This document shows, piece after piece, positions 47,201 to 55,587 of a stretch of 64,000 nt of DNA (its first letter is position 1; each line of letters starts with the position of its first letter). Made by a program: the position numbers and the translations under genes. The notes beneath the pieces were generated by a model. The model saw nothing but the letters and a program-made list of their open reading frames with translations, had not been told where the DNA came from and ran no database searches. Source of the DNA: a virus. The stretch covers positions 134,786 through 198,785 of the IMG/VR virus record IMGVR_UViG_3300022843_000001, one strand, 5' to 3'.

Positions 47201-47276
47201 CAATTTTCATGTCCAATAAAGAAGACGAGTAGTCTACCTGATAAGCATTTCCAGCATTTCTAAATATTTCAGACAT
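44217..47276 (-). CDS. Ejection protein; probable detached N-terminal domain of vRNAP (1019 aa)
   Basis: Gly/Ala-rich hydrophobic segments and long helices; TAATG-coupled to the vRNAP gene. Confidence 0.65.
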   Translation of the reverse strand: MSEIFRNAGNAYQVDYSSSLLDMKIDSLKDKIASKQQKLTPEPKVTPVSEEQANNIDRFNGGLANSTSFANDLYSLGTAAVDREFNNIKNIASGESNPNLMEEADVRSNVRATVRQELNEAASSGINSLANARISLREGEYLDAAGNVIDAISTTAKVLPELAVDSLTGTIASGIAGTLGTAGIGGLPMLGKKLFRGANAIGDISDAVTDAVAAKDAGVKLNVLQKALAATKSVGKKASQVSLSTAAVLQQNEEAYIKENGEASSVMHKLVNAPAALALMMFDRAIFMSALPSIAGVTVAKNATKQYAKDISKALSPIPKKYSVEVAKRVLKAAVKVSAVGGLEATLEYLQTWHSILQAKMDDFSIRSALDELNEEGNIDEANYSALVGAMVGGGVKGATVAPGVVAGAALDTVVGTAGVAVRGGKKVKEISQDALTKASFELLSETDRAVLSESETARTAIADKEIAGKEKNIDTVLNAKTIDDLLADDVVGVETIKIQTNGNITTEAAADPKQFNSIKTKLISQFRSDQALVKTELMATSVGRVVSKVGTNVVNKSTEKAKKLLKNVPVENLVKTVTALGTASVEIVKNLESSTARGVIELGLRNGIKSSNTVLAAVKDMEINDLTKVISVIDKKHPDLAKKLQKTLANKKQALKNIGQSNDTLTTIDNIKPELKDIAKGPALSENGADSVFKLVSDTINGKVADLPSLEIVEAALDKYKELDSVKKGKNKVSLGVLTNKLKLESNKIRKPVRTEAKAKIAELSKNIKSKGLVEYFKNAESTKELISLLDSESSKDFTKKVKEFLPDLPNMPDMPNLETEEGMAKFDKQLENAYNSVAKTVTDTATAAKELVVGPEKKENVVGPKRPAAPSPKPTPSTKQEAAVEEIKTVEVTPEVQKKRDTINKQLSSFDSIIASVEDSPSKQAIVSTTITPTLPKIITKLKEAGYTNIAEVKNLLRNFTSLDKYPEILSAFEQAFPDVQTEVVMTESFDNEPSQVISDKKKAEALYTKLNPRCKI

Positions 47277-47282
47277 AGTTAG

Positions 47283-49289
47283 TTACTTACCTTGTTCTTC
47301 TAATAAAAGTTTCAAGTATTCTGCTTGTTGTTTTTCAGCTCCTGATTTAGGTTTAAAATCTTTTAGTTTTTGATCACCTGTTCTAAGAGCTTCTAATAAC
47401 TGTTTAATTTTATCTTCATCAACTTTACTTTTTAAATCTCGAAGTTTTTGGAGTTTTACATTGCTTGCAGTTTTTTCAGCTTTTTCTTGAGCTTGTTCAA
47501 AATTAAAATTTTGTAGTCTAAAATCAGTACCATTAGGGTTAGTTCTTTCAGGTCGATCTCCAGCACTGTAGTTAAAAATAGAAGTATCTTTATACTTAGG
47601 ATTTTTTGCGTCTACTTCACTTAAACCTTTTTGAGCTGCAGCTTTTTCTGCTTCAGTACTATTAGGGTCTAATGCTATAGCTATAAAACCTCTTTTATCA
47701 GCAGCAACTTTTTGAGATTTAACTTTTGCTCTAGCCTCTAATTCTTTAGCTTTTGTAGTTATTTCTTTAGTTTTAAGTTCAGGTGTGTACGTATTACCGG
47801 GACCAGAAAGTATTCTATTTTCAGCAGGTGTAATATCTCTTTCTTTTGTGCTAATAGGAGCTTCTACAGGTTCTTCAACATCATCACTAGTATCTATTTC
47901 ATCTTCAGAAATTATAGGCTTAAGCTTAATTTTAGGCTTAGTTTTAGGTTTATTTCCACCTAGTTTAAAGTCTCTACTAACTCCTGTTTGTTCTTCAATA
48001 AACTTTTGAGCTTGTTTTTGTCTTTCTTCAGAAGTAGTAGCTTGCTGTATAGAATTTTTTAATATTTTGTTAATAGAGTCATCGTACTGAGAAATTAAAC
48101 TATTATATAGAGACTGTTGTTGTTGAAATTTTTGATCATTACTTTCACTACCACCAATTTTTCTACTGCTAGAAGCTTCTTGGTTTTGTTGAGCACCTAG
48201 TGCAATAGCAGCCATAGTATCATCGTTAGACATCATATCTGATATGTCTTTGCTAAACGTACCATCACCATTTATTAATTTTAAAGCTCTCATAGCTCTA
48301 ATAGTGGCTGCTGGTCCAACTTTAGATTGAGACTGACTAGCAGCAACTATAGTTTGTAAATCATCTATAGACATATCAGGAGAATTTAAAGGAAATAAAC
48401 CAAAAAATGTTTCAGGAGTAAGTGCTTCACTGATCCATTTTATAGCACCTTTACTTTGAGGAACATTTAATGTTTCTGAAATATCTTTAAAAGCATCAGC
48501 ATTTTCTTTTTGACTTATAGAACCAGTTTTAAATGCGTTAGTTCCAATATTAGTAGTATTACTATTTCCTGAGTTGCTAAATATTTTGCCAGCAAAATTT
48601 AATCTATTTTCAGCATTTTTACTTAATCTTTCTTGACTTTTAACATCTAACACACTGTAATTTTCAGTAGCTGTTTGTTGCATTTGTGCTATTTCTGTTT
48701 CACTTAGACCAGCTTCTCTTGCTAAAGCAGCTACATCTGATTTTATTTTAGCAGGGTCTTGATACAGTCTAGGGTTATCAATCATATTTTGGATAAACCC
48801 ATCCATAAGATCATCTTTTCTTTTATAACCATCTACTTGATTTAGATTTATAGAAGTATTTCTTCCACCGTCACTAATAGTTCTTGTACCAGAAGTTTGT
48901 GTTTGGTAACCCGGAGAATTAAATATAGCTTGTTTTGTGCCTTGTTCCATCTCAAAAGAAGGCTGCATATCTTTAGCTTGTTGAATTAAATTGCTCATAG
49001 CTAAATTTTTATCTATACCTCTTTGTTTTTCTAAATCAAAAATACGTTGTTCTTCAACTACAGCTCTTTGACCTTCGTTTTCACGAAAATTTTGTTGTCT
49101 TTCAAAATTGGCTTGTTGTTGCATAACAGCATTTTGCTCAAGCTGTGCATTTCTAGCTTCTTGCATTTGTGCATTTATACTAGCAAGACCTTTTTGAGAA
49201 CTCTCAATAGAACGTGCAGCGTTAGCAAAAGCTTGGTTAGAGCCACTAAAGTTAGGATTTATTCTAGATCTAAAAAGTTCACCAGCCAT
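47283..49289 (-). CDS. Ejection/internal virion protein (N4 gp51-like position)
   Basis: 668 aa, Gln-rich, Cys-free; synteny. Confidence 0.6.
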   Translation of the reverse strand: MAGELFRSRINPNFSGSNQAFANAARSIESSQKGLASINAQMQEARNAQLEQNAVMQQQANFERQQNFRENEGQRAVVEEQRIFDLEKQRGIDKNLAMSNLIQQAKDMQPSFEMEQGTKQAIFNSPGYQTQTSGTRTISDGGRNTSINLNQVDGYKRKDDLMDGFIQNMIDNPRLYQDPAKIKSDVAALAREAGLSETEIAQMQQTATENYSVLDVKSQERLSKNAENRLNFAGKIFSNSGNSNTTNIGTNAFKTGSISQKENADAFKDISETLNVPQSKGAIKWISEALTPETFFGLFPLNSPDMSIDDLQTIVAASQSQSKVGPAATIRAMRALKLINGDGTFSKDISDMMSNDDTMAAIALGAQQNQEASSSRKIGGSESNDQKFQQQQSLYNSLISQYDDSINKILKNSIQQATTSEERQKQAQKFIEEQTGVSRDFKLGGNKPKTKPKIKLKPIISEDEIDTSDDVEEPVEAPISTKERDITPAENRILSGPGNTYTPELKTKEITTKAKELEARAKVKSQKVAADKRGFIAIALDPNSTEAEKAAAQKGLSEVDAKNPKYKDTSIFNYSAGDRPERTNPNGTDFRLQNFNFEQAQEKAEKTASNVKLQKLRDLKSKVDEDKIKQLLEALRTGDQKLKDFKPKSGAEKQQAEYLKLLLEEQGK

Positions 49290-49296
49290 TATATTA

Positions 49297-49761
49297 TTAC
49301 CCTATTGCACTACCATCTACATTAGCTGCTTTAGCTCTTGCCATTCGGTCTATATATTCTTGACTACCAGCTTCCACACTATTTAATGCTAAACCATTAC
49401 GAGTTCTTTCCATAAGATCTGCATTATAAGAAGTTGCATTATTAGCAAGACTTCTATTCATACCAGCTAGCTCAATACCAAACTGTTTTTTTCCTTGCTT
49501 ACGCATTTGGTGAGCATTATACATACCATATAGGCTACCTAAACCTTGAGCAGCTAACCCAAAGTTTTGAAATCCATTTAAAGATTCTGGTGCTTTTGGG
49601 TAATTTTGATCACCCATTAAAACACCATTACCTGCATTCATTCTGTAGTCTTGTGGTTTATAACTAAAATCGTCATAGGAAGCTGCTAAACTAAATTCTT
49701 TAGCAGGGTCGTATATTTGTGTTGTTGTAGGAATTTTGAAATTACTGTAAGTTTCACCCAT
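49297..49761 (-). CDS. Small internal virion protein (N4 gp52-like)
   Basis: FGLAAQGLGSLYGMYNA amphipathic Gly-rich segment; synteny. Confidence 0.6.
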   Translation of the reverse strand: MGETYSNFKIPTTTQIYDPAKEFSLAASYDDFSYKPQDYRMNAGNGVLMGDQNYPKAPESLNGFQNFGLAAQGLGSLYGMYNAHQMRKQGKKQFGIELAGMNRSLANNATSYNADLMERTRNGLALNSVEAGSQEYIDRMARAKAANVDGSAIG

Positions 49762-49778
49762 AATTCTGTACCTTTTTG

Positions 49779-52520
49779 TTAAACTACACCTAAAGTTAAG
49801 GCGTTTTTATGATAGTTGCCCACTACTGTACCATAATCATACATGCTAGAATAGTTGTATTGTATTGGTCCAGCCATAAACCTATATGTGTCAGGACTAT
49901 TAAGAAAAGCTAGGTAGGTTGGGTCTAATCCATTTTCTTGTGCTTCTATTAATCTAGCTAGTTCTTGTGACCTAATATCAAATTGATTATTTATTTCTAG
50001 CATCTCTGCTTGAAGCTCTAGTATATCTGCATTTATATCAGCTACTATCATATTACTAAACTGTGTGACGCTTTGTGTAATAACAGCAGGATCACTCATA
50101 CCTGTTGAACCTGAACCAGTTTGGCTAGTTAAGTAAGCAGCACCAGCAGCAACAACTACTTTTAAAAATTCACTATCTATACTAGATATTATAGCAATTG
50201 CTATAGAAATAATAACATAATTAGCTAATGCAACCTGAAAAAAAGCAGCTAAAGATAGTTTTGTAGGGTCAAAAGTTATCAGAGTGTAAACTATTAGTAC
50301 TATTTCTAGTAAATCTGCAAACGCTGAAGTTTCATACCAAGCCACTTCAGTTATCTGTACAGAATAAAAATTCATCCTTAAAGCTAGGGTGTACAACTGT
50401 AGTTGTTCAACTGGAGTTAAACTATCAATAGAAAAATGAGACAACAGTATAGAAAAGTTATCATCCCCTAGTTTACTAAGGCTCATGTTTTCTTGCCCAT
50501 TACCTAAAATAAACTCTATACCAGACATGTTTGTTAATACAATTGTAGAACAAGAAGTAGTAGACACCTGTTTTCTCATAGTAAGAGTGTTTACGTTAGT
50601 TACAGTATGGCTGTAAGTACCAATTGGACCTGAATCAAATATGGTAGTAGAAGCATTTTGTGTAGACCATACTACAGCTCGTTTTACATTTTGTTCTAAA
50701 AACGTAGCATAATACCCTTGGTTGTCTACTGTTGTATTAAAATCAACAGCTTCTGTAATTACTAATGTATAAAACATCTCATAAAGAATTTTAGAAACTA
50801 CTGTTGCTGTATCAGTAGGGTTTACAGCGAAGGATAAAAATCCTTCTGATATACCAGCAATATTAGGGTTAGCTTCTATTTGTTGTATTATGTCGTTAAA
50901 CTCTAAGTCTAAAGTACCTAATAGCCCTACTATACCATCATAGTTTTCTTGTCCTACACTAACTACACTGGCAGAAACTGTGTTAGACCTAAGTATACCA
51001 ATAGGCATAAACTCTAAGTTACTTAAACTACTGCTTACCATTTTAACATCAGGGTAAGTATTACTACTTATGTCATACACCCAATATTTCCATTCAGCAA
51101 TTTCGTCAATATAGTAAGTAACAATTACATAAGAAATAATTCTATAAGCAGGTCTAGTAATCACACTAGTCAAAGTTTCTGTTAAAGGAGATGGCATATT
51201 AGTGTTATCTGTGTCTACAGGGTTAGCAACACTATAAGTAATAGTAGTTGATATGCTGTGTTTTCCTTCAGCTAAAGCGGTAGCTTCAAAACTGTCTTGT
51301 GTAGAGATACTTTCTATACTTACAACCATAGTAACAGAGGAACTTAACAAGTTTACTGTTTCCGGGGTTATAGTAAAACCTAAACCTGTACCACTAGAAG
51401 AAATTTGGTTTATGGTAGTTCCTGCAGAAGCATCACCACCAGAACTTGTCACTGTAAAAGTTATTACATTTCCGTCTACATCTACACTATCTACTGTTAA
51501 CACATCATCATTGTCCAAAGTTATTGTGTCTAATGCACTGTAGAAATTAGTACTGTCGCTTCCAGAACTAGAGTACGAACCATTACTGCCAGAATCATCG
51601 TAGTTTGCCTCTGTTTGATCTTCTAACAAGGTATATTCATAAGGTAATGAGTTTGCTTCAGTACTAATAGTAAAGTCTGTGTACGATGTACCAGCTAGCA
51701 ATACTACAGTATCAACTGAGGTAAAATGGGTACCGTTTGTAGCTGTTCCTGTGTAACTTAAATTAACTGTGACAGTTTTGTTAGCAGGTATAAGTCTATC
51801 GACACTAACTGTGTACATTAGTGTGTTATCTCCTTGAACTACTTCTGAATAACCAGATAAATAAAACGTAGCAGTTTCTCTTAGTCTCTGTACTGTTAAT
51901 TGGTAGTTATTAGCTCCTGCATTGTACGTAACAGCAGATAAAAAATAGCTATCGAAAGTACCGTACTCGTCACTAAAAGTTAATGTATTAAGATGGGGAA
52001 GATAACTATAAACATTTTGTAAATAGTGTTTAAAATAAACTTCTTTTGTAGGGTACTTTTGTACTGCACTAGTAATATTAACTGTGTAACCAGTTATAGA
52101 AAACAAAGCATTAATAACAGCAGATTGGTCTATAGTATTTTTACGTACATTTGTTGTAGGTAAAGCATAAGGATACTCACCTTCTTCTGCGTAATTGTAG
52201 TAACCGTCTATTTTTCCTTGAGCAACTTTAGTGTACTTATTAAACGGAGATATTAATGCAATAGCAGAATTTTTTGTGTACTCAAGTGCTATTTTAACTA
52301 ACGCATCTTCTTCTAGATCTGTAGTTGAAGGATAAACTTTCTGTGAAACATGTTGTACTTGTACTACGGTCTCATCTTCGATACCAAATATACCTACTAC
52401 AAATTCCAGTAAAGGCATAACAATATCATCCCATACTGTTTCTACAGCCTCTACTACTCCTTCAACAACATCTTCTACTATGTCTATTATATCTTCAATA
52501 ATTTCTACAACAGCACCCAT
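49779..52520 (-). CDS. Virion structural protein (N4 gp53-like) with Calx-beta-like insertion
   Basis: 913 aa; hydrophobic C-terminal helices; TVTVNLSYTGTATNGTHF...LLAGTSYTDFTI segment. Confidence 0.65.
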   Translation of the reverse strand: MGAVVEIIEDIIDIVEDVVEGVVEAVETVWDDIVMPLLEFVVGIFGIEDETVVQVQHVSQKVYPSTTDLEEDALVKIALEYTKNSAIALISPFNKYTKVAQGKIDGYYNYAEEGEYPYALPTTNVRKNTIDQSAVINALFSITGYTVNITSAVQKYPTKEVYFKHYLQNVYSYLPHLNTLTFSDEYGTFDSYFLSAVTYNAGANNYQLTVQRLRETATFYLSGYSEVVQGDNTLMYTVSVDRLIPANKTVTVNLSYTGTATNGTHFTSVDTVVLLAGTSYTDFTISTEANSLPYEYTLLEDQTEANYDDSGSNGSYSSSGSDSTNFYSALDTITLDNDDVLTVDSVDVDGNVITFTVTSSGGDASAGTTINQISSSGTGLGFTITPETVNLLSSSVTMVVSIESISTQDSFEATALAEGKHSISTTITYSVANPVDTDNTNMPSPLTETLTSVITRPAYRIISYVIVTYYIDEIAEWKYWVYDISSNTYPDVKMVSSSLSNLEFMPIGILRSNTVSASVVSVGQENYDGIVGLLGTLDLEFNDIIQQIEANPNIAGISEGFLSFAVNPTDTATVVSKILYEMFYTLVITEAVDFNTTVDNQGYYATFLEQNVKRAVVWSTQNASTTIFDSGPIGTYSHTVTNVNTLTMRKQVSTTSCSTIVLTNMSGIEFILGNGQENMSLSKLGDDNFSILLSHFSIDSLTPVEQLQLYTLALRMNFYSVQITEVAWYETSAFADLLEIVLIVYTLITFDPTKLSLAAFFQVALANYVIISIAIAIISSIDSEFLKVVVAAGAAYLTSQTGSGSTGMSDPAVITQSVTQFSNMIVADINADILELQAEMLEINNQFDIRSQELARLIEAQENGLDPTYLAFLNSPDTYRFMAGPIQYNYSSMYDYGTVVGNYHKNALTLGVV

Positions 52521-52527
52521 AATTAAA

Positions 52528-53007
52528 CTACCTAGAATTATGTAAAATTTTATCCAATTTCTGTTTTATTAGACTAATGTTTATGATAACAGGGGTACCA
52601 AACTCATACCATTTTTTAATACTTTTAACTGTTAGTAAACTTTTTAAGTTAATAACTCCTTCTTTTTTATGGGGAATAAAACTAAGAGTCTTTACAGGTG
52701 AATAAGCATTTCCATAGAATATACTTATAAGAAGTGTTAGTGTACCTACAGGATTTCCTTTACCATAAAACAAAACTCCTTCAGTTTTGTAAGGACTTAG
52801 TTTCTTAAAATACAAAAAACAAGACCCATCAATTAAACAATACGCTGTGTTCTCAGCTATACACTTTAACATACGTTTTTTGTGTATATTAGTGTCACTA
52901 TCAGAAACTAAGGATTCTACAACAGAGTAGTGGTTATCTATATCTTGTTCATTACATTTACGGATGTAGTTATCATTCTGCAGTAAATTAATAAGTTTGT
53001 ATTTCAC
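52528..53007 (-). CDS. Putative GNAT-fold N-acyltransferase
   Basis: IRKCNEQDIDNHYSVV beta1-alpha1 start and GNAT-like secondary-structure order; weak. Confidence 0.4.
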   Translation of the reverse strand: MKYKLINLLQNDNYIRKCNEQDIDNHYSVVESLVSDSDTNIHKKRMLKCIAENTAYCLIDGSCFLYFKKLSPYKTEGVLFYGKGNPVGTLTLLISIFYGNAYSPVKTLSFIPHKKEGVINLKSLLTVKSIKKWYEFGTPVIINISLIKQKLDKILHNSR

Positions 53008-53008
53008 A

Positions 53009-53248
53009 TTATACAGAAGTAGTTGAGTGGCAGATAGAAACTAACATTTTTACGGACAAAGCATCTACATCTATATCATCAAATTCTGCTGTGTCAATAT
53101 CATAATCATTGGCTATTGTAAGCAGTACTATTACTACTCCTAAACTATCAAGCTCGCTATCCATAAACATACCGTCCATGAGAACAGGCAACCCATTCTC
53201 ATAGACAATACAACTATTTATGTTAGCTAGTGTTTCTTCTTTAGTCAT
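53009..53248 (-). CDS. Acyl carrier protein-like protein
   Basis: 79 aa, acidic; DSELDSLGVVIVLLTIANDYDI matches ACP DxGxDSL-helix II; Ser35 aligns with the phosphopantetheine Ser36 of E. coli ACP. Confidence 0.75.
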   Translation of the reverse strand: MTKEETLANINSCIVYENGLPVLMDGMFMDSELDSLGVVIVLLTIANDYDIDTAEFDDIDVDALSVKMLVSICHSTTSV

Positions 53249-53778
53249 TAGGCTGGCAAATCATTTAGTATATCTTCATATAGTGCAGAAGTTTTAGCTT
53301 CATTAACAATAGTTGGAGCAGCACCTGTTTTATTAACAGAATAGTAAATAGCCCAAGTTTCTAGTGTTTTAGCTAGTACTTTTTGTTTAGCATCTACTTT
53401 AAACCCTAGTGTTTGAGCTGTAATTAGGTCGTCTTTTTTATCTTCCGTAGTTTTTTGTGCTTCAAGAAGTAAATTTTTACTAATACTTTCTATGACCTGT
53501 TTATCAACTAAAAGTTTTTGTGCTTGCAGTAAAGCAGAAGTATCTATCTGTATTTGTGTCTCTAGATAAATTTTTGCAGCTGTTTGAATTACTGACTGCA
53601 TAGCTCCAAGATACACTTTAGCGTAGTCAACACCATTAATAGCACCTGAATCGTACTGAGACTTAATGTGAGCAGTAATACTCTCCATCATATCATCAAA
53701 AATACCATCTCCTTGTACTTTATAAGTAGAGGAGTCAGTAGTTACGTTATTTGTAAACTCAGTAAAAGCTAAGGTCAT
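53248..53778 (-). CDS. Structural protein (N4 gp54-like)
   Basis: GDGIFDDMM...GVDYAKVYLGAMQ motif; synteny. Confidence 0.75.
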   Translation of the reverse strand: MTLAFTEFTNNVTTDSSTYKVQGDGIFDDMMESITAHIKSQYDSGAINGVDYAKVYLGAMQSVIQTAAKIYLETQIQIDTSALLQAQKLLVDKQVIESISKNLLLEAQKTTEDKKDDLITAQTLGFKVDAKQKVLAKTLETWAIYYSVNKTGAAPTIVNEAKTSALYEDILNDLPA

Positions 53779-53780
53779 TT

Positions 53781-54263
53781 TTATTCACCTTCACCATAAC
53801 TAATAGCGTATTTTTTTACTCTTATAGTAATCATATTACCTGTGTCTTTTCCATCAACAAATTCACGTTTATGTAGAGGCATAAGAGTAGAAGCTGCAAT
53901 TTTAATTAGTGCTACTTCTAGCTCTACAGGAATATCTAACGGTACATTTTTAGCTAATCCGAAGTAGTTATTCTCAAAACTCAAATGTGCAGTATTAGCT
54001 ACAGCAGAATCACGAGGATCTTTATTTGTAATAGTTACTACTCTTGTTTTGAAAGCCGCTTTACGTTTTTCATTAATTTTTTGTCTTTTAGTTAGCGGTT
54101 TTTTAGAATGTTTTTCAGAAACAACTACTGGTTCTACATCTTGTGTTTCTACTTTTCCGTTAGCTTCATCAACTTTAGCTTGTAGTTTTTTAGTAGGAAT
54201 ATTAGCTTGAAACTCTAAACCTAGCTCATTAGCTTCCAGTATTAGGTCATCTCGATCTGACAT
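53781..54263 (-). CDS. N4 gp55-like protein
   Basis: N-terminal ANELGLEF...KKL small helical domain; RVVTIT...DP; synteny. Confidence 0.75.
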   Translation of the reverse strand: MSDRDDLILEANELGLEFQANIPTKKLQAKVDEANGKVETQDVEPVVVSEKHSKKPLTKRQKINEKRKAAFKTRVVTITNKDPRDSAVANTAHLSFENNYFGLAKNVPLDIPVELEVALIKIAASTLMPLHKREFVDGKDTGNMITIRVKKYAISYGEGE

Positions 54264-54300
54264 GTGTTAAATCCTTTCAGTTGTTTAACAAATTAATAAT

Positions 54301-54326
54301 AGCCGGGACTTTTTCAAGTCCCAGCT
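54301..54326 (-). terminator. Hairpin terminator after the capsid gene
   Basis: GGGACTT/AAGTCCC stem followed by an AT-rich tract on the minus strand. Confidence 0.6.
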
Positions 54327-54342
54327 GGTTAATACTTATTGG

Positions 54343-55566
54343 TTATTTGCTAGCGCAAACATACCCTTTAAGTAAACGTTCTTCTCGCAAGATAAGACCT
54401 GCGTACCAAAAATTGTAACTAAAGAAACCTTGAGTTGCATAAGGATTACTAAGTTCAATCTTACCGGGAGACTGACTGTTAAACTTAATTTTTCCTTTAC
54501 CTTTTAGTCCTACAATAGCAAAAGAGCCTTTTGTTGGAAACAAGATAGGGAAAACATCAAAGTTATCACGATCACCAGCAGTACCAGAAGTATTATCAGT
54601 ACCACCACTAGAAGATAGATCACCTACGTAGTTCTGAGGTACAACACTACCTTGAGCAGCGTAAACTAGAGCAGACTCAGATTCGATGAAACGAACATCA
54701 CCCATAGAACCAACTTCACCTTCAGCTAGGCTAGCTGCTGCTGCATACTTGTATGCAGGGATATAAGCGAACTCTTCAGCGTTACCTGTACCACGAGTCA
54801 AGTTATCAAGATCGTACTTGATTTCTGGACCAATAACAGCGTAGTAAGCTTTATTGATTGCACGAGTATCAACTTTAGTGTCACCTGAAACAACAGTAGT
54901 GTTCTTTTCAGCACGATTACGTACCAATCGACGAGTAATTTTACGGATCATATCGTATGAAATCCGTGAATCATTATCATCTGTACCGTCAGTTTCAGCA
55001 GTATCTTGACCAATTTCTGCAATAGCAGTAGCACTTCCAACGTACTGGATAGTAGTAGTAGCTAGCAAATCAAGCTGTGTAAGATCTTCGTACCGCATAT
55101 TAGCTAGGTGTCCTAACTCTTCACGGTATTGAATCTGTACCATGTCCTCAGAGAACATATCAACTTCATCAGTATAATCAAGCATTTCACCGTAACGAGC
55201 AAAACCTGTTTCAATAGTAACTTTTTTAATTGTTACTTTATTAGCTGCACCAGAACCTTCTGATAGCGTAGGCATACCTGCTGAAACATCAGTGATGTTA
55301 CGTGCAGTAAGATAACCCTTAGTACCAAATTCTGAGTCAGTTCCACCTACTTGACTACTAGGATCAAGTTTACGATCATAAATGTGTAACCATTTACTGA
55401 CCTTAAAAGTTTTACCCATTTTGAGAGGCATAGATCGACGATCAGCAAACTGACCATAAATATTTACAACGTTAGCTGCTTTAACACCAGCTTTGTCGTA
55501 ATAATGCGTAATTGTATTCGGACCAGAAGTACTGTTAGTACCATTTCCGTAGACGTTATCTACCAT
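54343..55566 (-). CDS. Major capsid protein (N4 gp56-like)
   Basis: 407 aa; MPLKMGKT, YGEMLDYTDE, GEVGSMGDVRFIE, PGKIELSNPYATQGFFS. Confidence 0.92.
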   Translation of the reverse strand: MVDNVYGNGTNSTSGPNTITHYYDKAGVKAANVVNIYGQFADRRSMPLKMGKTFKVSKWLHIYDRKLDPSSQVGGTDSEFGTKGYLTARNITDVSAGMPTLSEGSGAANKVTIKKVTIETGFARYGEMLDYTDEVDMFSEDMVQIQYREELGHLANMRYEDLTQLDLLATTTIQYVGSATAIAEIGQDTAETDGTDDNDSRISYDMIRKITRRLVRNRAEKNTTVVSGDTKVDTRAINKAYYAVIGPEIKYDLDNLTRGTGNAEEFAYIPAYKYAAAASLAEGEVGSMGDVRFIESESALVYAAQGSVVPQNYVGDLSSSGGTDNTSGTAGDRDNFDVFPILFPTKGSFAIVGLKGKGKIKFNSQSPGKIELSNPYATQGFFSYNFWYAGLILREERLLKGYVCASK

Positions 55567-55587
55567 TTAAATCACCTTTTTAGTAAA

